Part shown: positions 18,597 to 28,012 of the stretch, one piece after another
How the letters are laid out: each line of letters begins with the position of its first letter
How positions within the stretch are numbered: the stretch's first letter is position 1
NCBI GenBank assembly: GCA_963713865.1
Contig: OY970208.1
Coordinates: 1,952,001-2,016,000 of the forward strand
Direction of reading: 5' to 3'
DNA length: 64,000 nt
Origin: an uncultured candidate division Zixibacteria bacterium
GTDB taxonomy: Bacteria > Zixibacteria > MSB-5A5 > RBG-16-43-9
Made by a program: the position numbers and the translations under genes
The notes under the pieces: model-generated
What the model saw: the letters and a program-made list of their open reading frames with translations, nothing else
Databases searched by the model: none
What the model was told of the DNA's origin: nothing

Positions 18597-18599
18597 TCT

Positions 18600-19073
18600 T
18601 TACTCGGTAAATGTTTTTACCCCTCTTGGTTCTTTCGCTTTATTAGAATATTCTAAAAGACTTTTTTTAAGTTTTGCTTCGAAGCTTCCAGTTTTTTCAG
18701 GGAAAAGCCCGCTTAAGGCTTCAGCTTTAATCTTCTCCTCGGAGTAAAGTTCAACTCCCACATAGAAATCATGCTCTTCAGATTCCTCCACTTTTTTTAC
18801 CTTTCCTAAAACTCCTTCTAACAGACCCAACCTTTTAAATTTAATGGAGAGATTAATGAAAGAACCCTCTTTCAAAGGATTATCTGTTAAAAGCAGTATC
18901 CCCTGCTCATTAAAGGTGAGCATTTCACCCCTGCCTTCTTTTTCAGCTTCGTATCCTGGCAGTAAACAAGTTTTGAAATTGATAGGCTCTTCTAACTCAA
19001 GTTCTACCACTTTGCCTTTCTTCCGCTCTTCTTCTGATCTTTTACTTTTTTCTAAAGTCGTATTTACTTCCAT
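18600..19073 (-). CDS. PilZ-like domain protein with degenerate motifs
   Basis: Beta-barrel pattern G.MLTFNEQGILL...L.EG..I...GKV...VGVE. Confidence 0.65.
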   Translation of the reverse strand: MEVNTTLEKSKRSEEERKKGKVVELELEEPINFKTCLLPGYEAEKEGRGEMLTFNEQGILLLTDNPLKEGSFINLSIKFKRLGLLEGVLGKVKKVEESEEHDFYVGVELYSEEKIKAEALSGLFPEKTGSFEAKLKKSLLEYSNKAKEPRGVKTFTE

Positions 19074-19188
19074 AATTACTCCTTTTTTGTCTTTTTTAGA
19101 TCTCCATATTTCTTCTTTCCCAAACGCTTTTAAAGAGAACCTTAAGCTATATTTGTCATATCTTTTTATTAGTATCCCGGAGATAGTT

Positions 19189-19947
19189 TTAAATGATAGG
19201 TAGCCGTAGCAACAAGGTATTTCCTTTACCCGGACTTCTTCTTATTTCCAGATCACCTTTATGTTCCTTCAATATCAAGTAACTATTTAAAATCCCAAAA
19301 GTTGAATTATTCCCGATCCGCAGAGCAGCGTAATCTTCTACTCTTCTTCGTATTTCTTCAGGTAATTCCTCCCCCTGGTCATTAAATTCCACCTTCAAGT
19401 ACTCATCTTCTTTTCTTAAACTTATCTCCAGTTTCCCGCCCCAGCTAATCCTTTGTTTAGCATTAAGTGTTAAGTAAAAAAACAACTCTTTGAGTTGTGA
19501 AGGATTTCCCTTAACCTTGGGTAGATTCTCTGGTAAATTTAAATTTAGTTCTATTTTTTTATCCTTAAGGCTGGCTTTGATCAAGGAAAGAATTGAGCCA
19601 ACCAGATAGTTTATATCAACATCGGTTTTTAGTTTATTATCTTCCGATTTCGACCGGGTCAGGTCAGTTAAGCTATCTATTAACTCCGCAATCCGTTGAG
19701 CTCCTTTCTCGATAGTTTTTAAATCCTCCATTGATTTGGTTGGGCTTTGTTCTTTGGCTATTCTCATCATAAATATCTGGGACTTTCCCAGGATGATCTG
19801 CAAAGGATTATTTATCTCATGAGCTACTCCACCCAGGATCTCACCCAGGCAAGCTAATCTTTCAATCTCCAGGGATCTTTGTCTAGATGACTCCGTTATC
19901 TCTTTTGTTTCAGGCTTGTTTTTTTTATCAATTGAAGTCGAAACCAT
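19189..19947 (-). CDS. Sensorless cytoplasmic histidine kinase-like protein
   Basis: GVAHEINNPL H-box and N-box; G1 reads DQGEE, F and G2 boxes degenerate. Confidence 0.8.
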   Translation of the reverse strand: MVSTSIDKKNKPETKEITESSRQRSLEIERLACLGEILGGVAHEINNPLQIILGKSQIFMMRIAKEQSPTKSMEDLKTIEKGAQRIAELIDSLTDLTRSKSEDNKLKTDVDINYLVGSILSLIKASLKDKKIELNLNLPENLPKVKGNPSQLKELFFYLTLNAKQRISWGGKLEISLRKEDEYLKVEFNDQGEELPEEIRRRVEDYAALRIGNNSTFGILNSYLILKEHKGDLEIRRSPGKGNTLLLRLPII

Positions 19948-19970
19948 TTTAACTCCTGCATTTTAAGTTG

Positions 19971-20192
19971 TCAGATAGTTACATCTATAGAGTTTCTACT
20001 TCCGATAATTTTATCTTCTTTACACTGATGCTTTTCCTTCTTCATCTCTCTGAATTTGCATTCTTCGTTTATTCTGGACCAAGGATTCTTCTTTCTGCTT
20101 TTATAAAGAGCCTGTTTTCCTTTAGAAATTCTTTTTTCGGCAGAGATCTGCGAAATGCTGCTTTTTAAAGATTGTTCCTGATTCATATTCAA
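19971..20192 (-). CDS. Hypothetical protein coupled to the fliA stop
   Basis: 73-aa ORF overlapping the fliA stop, ends SIDVTI. Confidence 0.45.
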   Translation of the reverse strand: MNMNQEQSLKSSISQISAEKRISKGKQALYKSRKKNPWSRINEECKFREMKKEKHQCKEDKIIGSRNSIDVTI

Positions 20193-20947
20193 AGGGCAAA
20201 ATTTTCTTTTATCATGTTTCTTAATTTCATCACCGCTTTGGTATGAATCTGGGAAACTCTGGATTCTGATATCTCCATAACTTCCCCTATCTCTTTGAGG
20301 GTCAATTCCTCATAGTAATACAGAGCTATAACCAGTCTCTCCTGTTCTGAAAGATGCTTTATCGCCGAGACCAGAAAAGCTTTAAGCTCCTTTTTCTCCA
20401 GATCATTCAGGATATTTTCTCGGGCCGTGGCTTCGATCGTCTCTATCCTGGGAATCTGCCGGTTATCCTCCTCTTTGTAGACCAGATCATCTAAAGAGAG
20501 CACGATGGAGGAGGATAGATCACCTCTGGCCGAATGCAGCTCCTTGACCGGCATTTTCAAAAATTTCGCCAGCTCTCTATCCGTGGGTATCCGTCCTAAT
20601 TTATTTTCCAGCTTGGTCAAAGCTTTGTCGATCTCGCGCGATTTCGCTCGCGTAGATCGAGGTACCCAGTCCAAAGACCTCAGCTCATCTAAGATGGCGC
20701 CACGGATTCGCGGAACGGCGTAGGTCTCGAACTTTACTCCGCGGTCGGGATCAAAATTGGAAAATGCCTCCACCAGTCCGATAACCCCGGTGCTGATCAG
20801 GTCCTGCAACTCCACCGATTTGGGAAAACCGATCGCCATTCTTCCGGCTACGCTTTTGACTAAAGGCAGATACTCGGACAGAAGTTTTTCCCTTTTTTCC
20901 GGATCTTTACTTTTTAAGTAAATGCCCCAATCCTTTTCAATGGTCAT
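20189..20947 (-). CDS. fliA: RNA polymerase sigma factor FliA/WhiG (sigma28)
   Basis: RIRGAILDELRSLDWVPRS, LYYYEELTLKEIG.V..ISESRVSQIH; ATG 20947 after AGGGGG. Confidence 0.96.
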   Translation of the reverse strand: MTIEKDWGIYLKSKDPEKREKLLSEYLPLVKSVAGRMAIGFPKSVELQDLISTGVIGLVEAFSNFDPDRGVKFETYAVPRIRGAILDELRSLDWVPRSTRAKSREIDKALTKLENKLGRIPTDRELAKFLKMPVKELHSARGDLSSSIVLSLDDLVYKEEDNRQIPRIETIEATARENILNDLEKKELKAFLVSAIKHLSEQERLVIALYYYEELTLKEIGEVMEISESRVSQIHTKAVMKLRNMIKENFAL

Positions 20948-21145
20948 AACTTTACCCCCTTGTGCCCCTGTCAACCTTTTGGGAAAGCTGACTCAAAGCA
21001 CTAAGTATTATTATCGTCTGTTTCATTCTATTTTATCACACTTTTTCTAATTTTAATTCACCCTTACAAGGGATTGCTGGTACTGTTTTGTTTTTATAAT
21101 CCTTAGCAAATATTTTCATTTAAGATTTTTCAGAATTTCAGTTAT

Positions 21146-21311
21146 TTAGTTATTTATGTTTAATAGGAGTTTTTCTATGATTATTCCAGAAACCAGGAAA
21201 GAAAAAGCCAGAATTATAAACCCTATTCCCACCAATAATTTTGAAAGAGATGGCTGAGTAAAATTTGAAATTTAAACTTAATGGATTATATCTCGGTTCC
21301 ATATTTCTCAT
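21146..21311 (-). other. Probable small single-pass membrane protein split by a 1-nt frameshift
   Basis: Frame A MRNMEPRYNPLSL; +1 frame SNFTQPSLSKLLVGIGFIILAFSFLVSGIIIEKLLLNINN-stop. Confidence 0.4.
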
Positions 21312-21328
21312 TTTGTAGAAAAGAGTTG

Positions 21329-21344
21329 AGCAAACCTCGTGCCT
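21329..21344 (-). promoter_or_regulatory. sigma54 promoter
   Basis: AGGCACGAGGTTTGCT (GG-N10-GC). Confidence 0.7.
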
Positions 21345-21674
21345 GAGAGGTATGTTGACTGACAATGTGTAGATAAGTTCCAGTCAAATCAGGGATTAGC
21401 TTTCATAAGAGCTGAAGAGACTGAAGTAAAATTATTGTTGAATTTGGAAATTATTTCCCCCCGTAGGGGACAACCTTTCCTGTGCAGAAAAAGTACAGTT
21501 TTTGATTGATAGAAGAGATGAGTCAGACCTATTCGTATACCCACCTTGCTCCCAGGGCGGGTATAACTCAGATGTTTAACAGTATTTTATTATTGACAGA
21601 AGCCCGTTTTTAACCACATATTAATCTTAATATAAATTATTAAGTTGCTAGTAAAATGGGCTTACCTTTAGTTG

Positions 21675-21773
21675 ATATTTTGAGGGAGTGAAACGACCGA
21701 ATCCGCCTAGGCGGATGTCGAATCTGACCTTGAGGTAGATTCTTCGTCCGCCTTCGGCGGACTCAGAATGACA
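21675..21773. repeat. Degenerate TGTCATTCTGA-type palindromic repeat with two GC mini-hairpins
   Basis: gattcttc-gtccgccttcggcggac-tcagaatgaca; same family at 39467-39657 and 41066-41100. Confidence 0.75.
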
Positions 21774-22125
21774 GTTGGTCAAGTTAATGCAATTTAATAG
21801 TACCTCCTTGCCCTCAAGTCAATGAAACGGCATGCAGGAGTGGAGCAATTTAGTTTTAATCCTCGTTCACCTGACCAATAAATGTATATATTCAAAAAGT
21901 TTACTGGTGAAATCGATTAGACTTTGATGCATTCAGGGAAGGAAAAGAAGAAGAGCTATGGTGATTGACATTTTCTATTAATCTCTTTATGAAATTATGC
22001 TGGCTGAGAGAATGAAGCTCCATTTCATTCTCCCAGCCATTTTCCCCCTCTCCGCGTCTTTGATTTGAGGTTTTATCCTCAAACCTTGTGTGCCATAACT
22101 TCGGTTTAGTTCAATCATTCTCTTT

Positions 22126-22142
22126 CGCAATTTATGTGCCAA
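22126..22142 (-). promoter_or_regulatory. Near-consensus sigma54 promoter with no long ORF downstream
   Basis: TTGGCACATAAATTGCG. Confidence 0.85.
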
Positions 22143-22377
22143 CCTCACAAAATCAGATGCTTACTTTGTTATCTCTCTATTATTCAAGCAATTAATCTTC
22201 TTATAGATTTCTTTAGTCTTTTCTGTCAGCAGACTCATTTCGAAAATAATTCCTGTTTTTATGTAAATATTTCCTAAAAAACTTTCCAGACCAGCAACCT
22301 TGAAAACGCAGAGTATATTCTTATAAAATAATTTAACTTTAAGATTAATTTTAACCTATACAGAAAGGTATATCAGC

Positions 22378-22412
22378 AAAAAAATTTCCCACTTTAGCCA
22401 AAGTGGGAAATT
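22378..22412 (-). terminator. Intrinsic terminator after the protease gene
   Basis: AATTTCCCACTTT-GGCT-AAAGTGGGAAATT plus T-run on the minus strand. Confidence 0.7.
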
Positions 22413-22441
22413 AGGTGTCTTTGTATAACGTGAGAGCCACC

Positions 22442-23311
22442 TCATTTCTTGATACTTTGTGATTTTATTTTCTGTTTAATTAAGTCTACTAATTCCCAGA
22501 TATAGTAAGAGGGGTGTGCAAGGCATAATTCATTCCAAGTATGTCCCATAGCGACAAGTCCGACGACGAGCCACGCTTGGTTCGAACCGGGTAGCAGTGC
22601 GAATACCGGACCCCCGCTATCCCCTGGTCGGGATGTAATATCGAGGATAATCCATTCCGATGTTATTGGCTCCGTACATTCGCAGTTAGCACGTTGTTTT
22701 GTAACGTTAAGGGTGAGCTTATCGCTGGGGAATATTGCTATATTTCCAAATCTACTGATGTGGAATTGCGGTTCTTGGTCGGTAGCAAAGGAAAAGCCAA
22801 TTATTTGAACCGGTGTTCCGTCTCTTATGTCTAACCTCTTGATATCTTCTCTCTTGGCAACCATATCCATTTTTATACCATAAATCCATGGGTCATAGTT
22901 GGCGGGATTGACTATAACGGTGTCACCGAGTGGTACAGCACCCACGATTACAATGACTAAGTCCACATTGGAGTCTGGATGTTCAGCGAATAGCTTAGAG
23001 CCTTTCCAGCGCAAGTATAGCGTGGCTTTTTCGTTGGTGGCTACTACCTTATTGTCATCTGAGATCTTGTTCCTTCGAACAAATACGCTGTCAAAGTATT
23101 GGTGAGTTTTGGGTGATTGAACCATATGCTTGTTTGTAACAAGGAAAAAACCTAATAAAGAATCCCTTACTAAAAAGCCCGTCCCTAATCCCTGCTCTGG
23201 GGTTTCAATTCTAAGTATCGAGCGCTTATTCAGCTCGGGGATTGATTGTGCTAAGGTCGTCGATAAACCCATTAGAAAGAAAATGACGATAGAAAGAATG
23301 ATGTATCGCAT
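22442..23311 (-). CDS. Secreted trypsin-like (S1) serine protease
   Basis: Signal peptide; GTGF, TNKH, VDL, PGDSGGPV triad motifs. Confidence 0.88.
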   Translation of the reverse strand: MRYIILSIVIFFLMGLSTTLAQSIPELNKRSILRIETPEQGLGTGFLVRDSLLGFFLVTNKHMVQSPKTHQYFDSVFVRRNKISDDNKVVATNEKATLYLRWKGSKLFAEHPDSNVDLVIVIVGAVPLGDTVIVNPANYDPWIYGIKMDMVAKREDIKRLDIRDGTPVQIIGFSFATDQEPQFHISRFGNIAIFPSDKLTLNVTKQRANCECTEPITSEWIILDITSRPGDSGGPVFALLPGSNQAWLVVGLVAMGHTWNELCLAHPSYYIWELVDLIKQKIKSQSIKK

Positions 23312-23504
23312 AAGTAAGCCTCCAATCTGTTTATAAGTTTCTTATGACAAGAATCTATGATAAGTGCGGAATGTTGTCAAGAAAAAATTTTAAATTTGAA
23401 TAAGGTGGGAATTTCAAGCCAGTTTTGACAAAATTTTCACCTTCTGCTAAGGTGATAAAACTTTAACAGGTGGTGAAAAGTGAACCTTAGAAAAGCCCAA
23501 AACT

Positions 23505-23627
23505 CGCGTAGCAGTCCCGCTCTTAGCGGGATTAGACCTCTCTACGAGGAGCGAAGCCCGGCGTAGCCGCCGTAAAGCTTTATCGGCTGCCGAGCCCTGA
23601 TCCCGCCAACGGCGGGACGGCTACGCG
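23505..23627. repeat. REP-like GTAGC...GCTAC composite palindrome
   Basis: cgcgtagcagtcccgctcttagcggga...tcccgccaacggcgggacggctacgcg. Confidence 0.65.
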
Positions 23628-23634
23628 TGTATTT

Positions 23635-23841
23635 TTATCCTCTCCCCCACTCACAGAAAATACATCTCCCCAATTCCGGGGCGTAGTTATAGCATTTTTC
23701 GTAATTACCAAAAGGAATTTTTCCATCAAAGGCAAAGCAATCCAGGTCCATATCCTTGCAGGGTATTTCTTTATAGTCTTTGATTACCCTTTCTTCAAAA
23801 GATACAACACTTAAAAGTTTATTTAAACTATCTTCTCTCAT
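23635..23841 (-). CDS. Small Cys-rich hypothetical protein
   Basis: 68 aa, five Cys including C-terminal CIFC. Confidence 0.55.
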   Translation of the reverse strand: MREDSLNKLLSVVSFEERVIKDYKEIPCKDMDLDCFAFDGKIPFGNYEKCYNYAPELGRCIFCEWGRG

Positions 23842-23879
23842 TTCTTTCTCGTAGCACGACTCTTTTAGGGATACACCCC

Positions 23880-23968
23880 GTCATTGCGAGCGACTGCAAG
23901 GAGCAAAGCAAACCTTTTACTCTATTGGGATTGCTTCGTCGTCCCCGTATGGGTCTCCTCGCAATGAC
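23880..23968. repeat. GTCATTGCGAG...CTCGCAATGAC palindromic element
   Basis: 11-bp terminal inverted repeats with internal gattgcttcgtc. Confidence 0.8.
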
Positions 23969-24024
23969 ATATTTCCCCACCTTGAGGGCAAGGTGGGGCT
24001 ACCGGGATTTTCCCTGTTTACTGT

Positions 24025-25407
24025 CTACTCACTACTGTCTACTTGTTTATTATCTTCTTTCAGCCCGTATTCCTGCAGTTTATTCCTAAGGGTGCGGGAG
24101 GAAATCCCCAAAACCTCTGCTGCTTTGGTTTTGTTTTTGCCATAGATTTCCAGGGTTTTAAGGATTAAGGCTTTCTCCATATCAGCGATAGTGCATCCTA
24201 CCTTTAATCCTGAATCGTCATATTCTGCTTTTTTCAAAAACAGCTCCAGAGGAAAATCCGATGGCATAAGGATTTTGTTTTTAGTGGTAACCACTGCCCT
24301 TTCGATATAGTTTTCCAGCTCCCTTACGTTCCCGGGCCAGTGATATTCAAGGAAAAGCTGATAAACCCTTTCTGAAATCCCCTGGGCGTTTTTCTTGTTC
24401 TCCTGATTATATTTCTGTAAAAAATGCTCAGCCAAAATAGGTATGTCCTCTTTTCTTTCCCGCAGGGGAGCTAAATGAATCGGTATAACATTCAAACGAA
24501 AGAAAAGGTCTTCTCTGAACTTCCCTTGCTTTATCTGTTCATCTAAATTTTTATTGGAGGTAGAGATAATCCTCACATCCACCTGTATAGAATACCCTGA
24601 TCCCACCCTTTCAAATTCTCTTTCCTGCAAAACCCTTAAAAGCTTAGCCTGTAGCCCTGGCGTTATTTCGCTTATCTCATCTAAAAGCAAAGTCCCCCCA
24701 TCTGCCATCTCAAACCTGCCTCTGGTCTGGCGGATTGCGCCGGTAAAAGCACCTTTTTCATGACCGAAAAGCTCGGATTCTACCAATCCTTCTGGCAGAG
24801 CGGCACAATTTATCTTGATAAAGGGATCTTCTTTTCTGGAGCTGTTATAGTGAATTGCCTTGGCGATAAGCTCTTTGCCAGTTCCGGATTCACCGCTAAG
24901 CAAAACCGAGGAGCGGCTGTCCGCAATCATATCCACCATCTCAAAGACCTTCTGCATCTGGGGAGATTTTCCGATTATGTTTTGGAACCTGTATTTACCA
25001 ACTACCTCAGTTCTCAACATCCGGTTCTCGATCAAAAGCTTTTTATACTCAAAAGCTTTTTTAACTACCAGCTCGATCTCATCTGCAGAGAATGGCTTCA
25101 TAATATAGTCGAAAGCACCTAATTTCATCGCCTCTACTGCATTCTCCACTGTTCCGAAAGCAGTCATCATAATGATTTTAGTGTCCGGACAGCTGTCTTT
25201 AGCCGCTTTCAGAAGCTCCATCCCGTTTAATTTTGGCATCCTTATATCAGAGACAACTACATCATATTCTTTCTGCTTCAATTTATCCAGAGCCTCATCT
25301 CCGCTGGAAGCTAATTCCACTAAATAATCTGACCGGCTAAGGGTCTCATTTAAAAAATCCTTGGTCAGATTATCATCATCCACCACTAAGACTCTCTTTT
25401 CTAACAA
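24025..25407 (-). CDS. sigma54-dependent response regulator, FleR/FlgR-like NtrC family
   Basis: [27 protein letters not shown], Fis HTH; coupled to a FleS-like kinase. Confidence 0.92.
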   Translation of the reverse strand: MLEKRVLVVDDDNLTKDFLNETLSRSDYLVELASSGDEALDKLKQKEYDVVVSDIRMPKLNGMELLKAAKDSCPDTKIIMMTAFGTVENAVEAMKLGAFDYIMKPFSADEIELVVKKAFEYKKLLIENRMLRTEVVGKYRFQNIIGKSPQMQKVFEMVDMIADSRSSVLLSGESGTGKELIAKAIHYNSSRKEDPFIKINCAALPEGLVESELFGHEKGAFTGAIRQTRGRFEMADGGTLLLDEISEITPGLQAKLLRVLQEREFERVGSGYSIQVDVRIISTSNKNLDEQIKQGKFREDLFFRLNVIPIHLAPLRERKEDIPILAEHFLQKYNQENKKNAQGISERVYQLFLEYHWPGNVRELENYIERAVVTTKNKILMPSDFPLELFLKKAEYDDSGLKVGCTIADMEKALILKTLEIYGKNKTKAAEVLGISSRTLRNKLQEYGLKEDNKQVDSSE

Positions 25408-25518
25408 AGCTCTCCTCCTCCTTCACGTAGTGCGATCCTTTGAGGGTTGATGAAATCGACTGAGCAAGGCTGAAGCCTTGCCCTGCAAAACATATTTTAC
25501 CTTGTTTTAAGAAAACTT

Positions 25519-26796
25519 TTATCCGTTCTTAGGAAACAATACCGTTACCGTAGTCCCTTTCCCTAACTGGCTATCTATCTCTATTTCTCCTTTAAGTGCC
25601 TGCACTATCTTTTTTACCGTTGAAAGCCCCAGGCCAGTGCCTTTTTCTTTGGTGGTGAAAAATGGAGTGAAAAGCTTATTCTTTATCTCCTCAGTCATCC
25701 CGATGCCATTATCCTTAATCTTCAAGCTAACCATCTGTCCAGCAGACAGACCTGGAATTTTCCCCTCTGCATACATCGACTCAATACCTGCAAATATCTG
25801 GATTAACCCTCCTTCTGGCAATGCCTGGGAGGCATTATATAGAAGATTTAAAACTATCTGTTTGAACTTCTCACTATCCAGGAGACAGTTAACTCTTGTA
25901 TTGGTATAGAGCCGTTCAATTTTAATGTTATTTTTCCCCCTGGTAAGATCCATCTCAAAAAAGCTTACCACCTCATCTAAAAACCTGGCAAAATCTATGG
26001 GTCTTAAATCTAATTTTATGCTCCGGGTATAATCCAGGAGATTCATCACGATTCGATTTAAAATCTCCACTCCCTCCATAATTTTCTTTGCATATTTCCT
26101 TCTGGGATCATGTTCCTCGATATCGCGATAGAGTAAATCCGCAAAGCCTAAAATCCCATTTAAAGGATTCTTGACCTCATGGGCAACTGTAGCCGCCATC
26201 TCGCCTAAGGCGGCTAAAGTTCTTACCCTGGCTATTTCATCTTCCAGTTTTTTAATCTTGGAAAGATCAAAAAATACTTCCACCATACCTAAAAGGTTAT
26301 CCTCACCATCCTTCAAAAGAGAAGTTGAATAACCCAGGGGGATTTTGGTCTCAAATTTAGTAATGATCTCTTTCTCTTCATTCAAATGAGAGTTACCTGA
26401 TCTCATCGTATAAATTGGAGTAGATTGAAGAGCCACCCCTTTACCCATAACCTCTAAATATGGTCGATTTAAAACCTCTTCTGCTTTATATCCGGTGATC
26501 TCCTCTGCCGCTCGATTAAAAAGAGTTATCTTCTCCTCTAAATTTACCACTAATACTCCGGAAGTCAGGCTTTCCAAAATATTATTCAGGTAATTGGTAA
26601 CTTTTTCTTTTTCAACTAAACTTTCCCTGAGCTTGAGATTGGTCTGCTCTAATTCCAGGTTTAAATTTTCAAATTTCTCCTCTAAATCCTTGTAAGCCTG
26701 GTGAAGTTTCTGGATGATCTTGTTGAAAGAGGTATAGGAGTCAGCAAAAGCTCCTAACTCTTCCGGGGTGATTTTTCCTTTTTCTTCTTCTGCCAT
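25519..26796 (-). CDS. Cytoplasmic PAS histidine kinase, FleS/FlgS-like
   Basis: N-terminal AF...FN....L..AY..LE coiled coil, PAS, AHEVKNP, intact DNGIG, F and GTGLGL boxes. Confidence 0.88.
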   Translation of the reverse strand: MAEEEKGKITPEELGAFADSYTSFNKIIQKLHQAYKDLEEKFENLNLELEQTNLKLRESLVEKEKVTNYLNNILESLTSGVLVVNLEEKITLFNRAAEEITGYKAEEVLNRPYLEVMGKGVALQSTPIYTMRSGNSHLNEEKEIITKFETKIPLGYSTSLLKDGEDNLLGMVEVFFDLSKIKKLEDEIARVRTLAALGEMAATVAHEVKNPLNGILGFADLLYRDIEEHDPRRKYAKKIMEGVEILNRIVMNLLDYTRSIKLDLRPIDFARFLDEVVSFFEMDLTRGKNNIKIERLYTNTRVNCLLDSEKFKQIVLNLLYNASQALPEGGLIQIFAGIESMYAEGKIPGLSAGQMVSLKIKDNGIGMTEEIKNKLFTPFFTTKEKGTGLGLSTVKKIVQALKGEIEIDSQLGKGTTVTVLFPKNG

Positions 26797-26907
26797 TTAT
26801 ATTTCTACCATAGATAAATACTTTTTAAAATATAAATAAATTATAAAGGATTGCAACAGAAATCTTTAATCTTTATACTGTTATTAATGTTTTCACCAAA
26901 AACCAAT

Positions 26908-27237
26908 TCAGCTTAAATCTTCAACTATCTTTTCCAACTCTTTTTCTTTCTCTTGTAATAGATTTGCTTTGTCTCCTAATTCCCGGTGTAATGTCTTGAG
27001 TTGCTCGATTATCTGAGGGGTAGGTTTTTGAGAATTTGAAGGATTGTAATTAGAAATACTGCCCGTTATCTTCTGAATCAGTTTTACACTTTTAAGTTTT
27101 TTATTTACCAGCAGGTTGATGAGGTCATCCTCTATCTCTGGGGATTGAAGAGATGAGAGGAGTTTATCGGTGAGAGTTAAAACCTTATCGTATTCTTTCA
27201 AGAGTTTGTGATAAGAATAGAGGAGATTGGCGGTCAT
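26908..27237 (-). CDS. Helical hypothetical protein, possibly FliT-like
   Basis: 109 aa, all helical, upstream of the FleS-like gene; assignment rests on context only. Confidence 0.4.
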   Translation of the reverse strand: MTANLLYSYHKLLKEYDKVLTLTDKLLSSLQSPEIEDDLINLLVNKKLKSVKLIQKITGSISNYNPSNSQKPTPQIIEQLKTLHRELGDKANLLQEKEKELEKIVEDLS

Positions 27238-27279
27238 ATTAAAAATTTTCTAGTAAATTGAAATAATTGAAGAATAACC

Positions 27280-27400
27280 TCAAAGCCTTTCTAAAAGCTC
27301 CCCTGTTTTAAGCTCGTATTCTTTATCGCTGATCAGTCCCTTCTCTTTTAATTCACCCGATTTTCTAATCTGCTCGATGATTACCGGGTCAACTGGTTTC
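27280..27400 (-). pseudogene. SHOCT-domain gene remnant
   Basis: PVDPVIIEQIRKSGEL / KEKGLISDKEYELKTGELLERL-stop split across two frames, no start. Confidence 0.6.
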
Positions 27401-27459
27401 TGTTCTCAGGAATCCCTAACCCACTGGTAATCGGGATAACCCCCGAGCCAGGATTGAAT

Positions 27460-27927
27460 TTAAAAGGTTCCAGATTTCAAATTTCCTTTCTGGTAATTTT
27501 TTAATTCTTCCTCCAAATCTTTGATCTTGCCCTTCAACTCACCGATTTCATATTTCAACTGGTGCTCCTTTGAGACCCTGTCGATTGAGGATCTGAGCTC
27601 GTTCAGTTTGAACGGCTTGATCACGTAATCGCAGGCACCGCTTCTCAAAGCCTCAACTGCACTCTCTATGGTTGGATAACCAGTCATAATTATAGGTAAT
27701 ATTTCTGGGATTATTTTTTTCAGCTCTTTTAAAGTTTGAATTCCATCCAGACCCGGCATCTTCAAATCTATCAGCGCTATCTGCACTGGGGTAGTTTTAG
27801 CTATCTCCAGGGCTTTTTCACCTGATTCAGCTAATAAAACTTCGAACCCTTGTTTGCCCAGGAATTCTGACAGAAGCTCTCTTACAAAAAGCTCATCATC
27901 CACCACTAAGATCTTTTCCTGAACCAT
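27460..27927 (-). CDS. Response regulator (REC plus coiled coil)
   Basis: [27 protein letters not shown]. Confidence 0.92.
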   Translation of the reverse strand: MVQEKILVVDDELFVRELLSEFLGKQGFEVLLAESGEKALEIAKTTPVQIALIDLKMPGLDGIQTLKELKKIIPEILPIIMTGYPTIESAVEALRSGACDYVIKPFKLNELRSSIDRVSKEHQLKYEIGELKGKIKDLEEELKNYQKGNLKSGTF

Positions 27928-28012
27928 CTATTCTCCTGATCTCTGTTGATAAACAATTTAAAATTTCTTCACCTTAAAAACAAGGGATTTCTTCGGATAT
28001 AACTCGTTAATC

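Noticed and set aside
21011-21035. sigma28-like site upstream of fliA (GACGATAA)
   Set aside because: The -10 matches but TAAA is 13 nt away rather than 15; not called.
21150-21365. 71-aa ORF from the track
   Set aside because: Its start lies upstream of the sigma54 promoter and the protein-like segment is in another frame.
22420-22442. GTTATAC after the protease stop as an integron attC
   Set aside because: No inverse core or palindromic body and no integrase.
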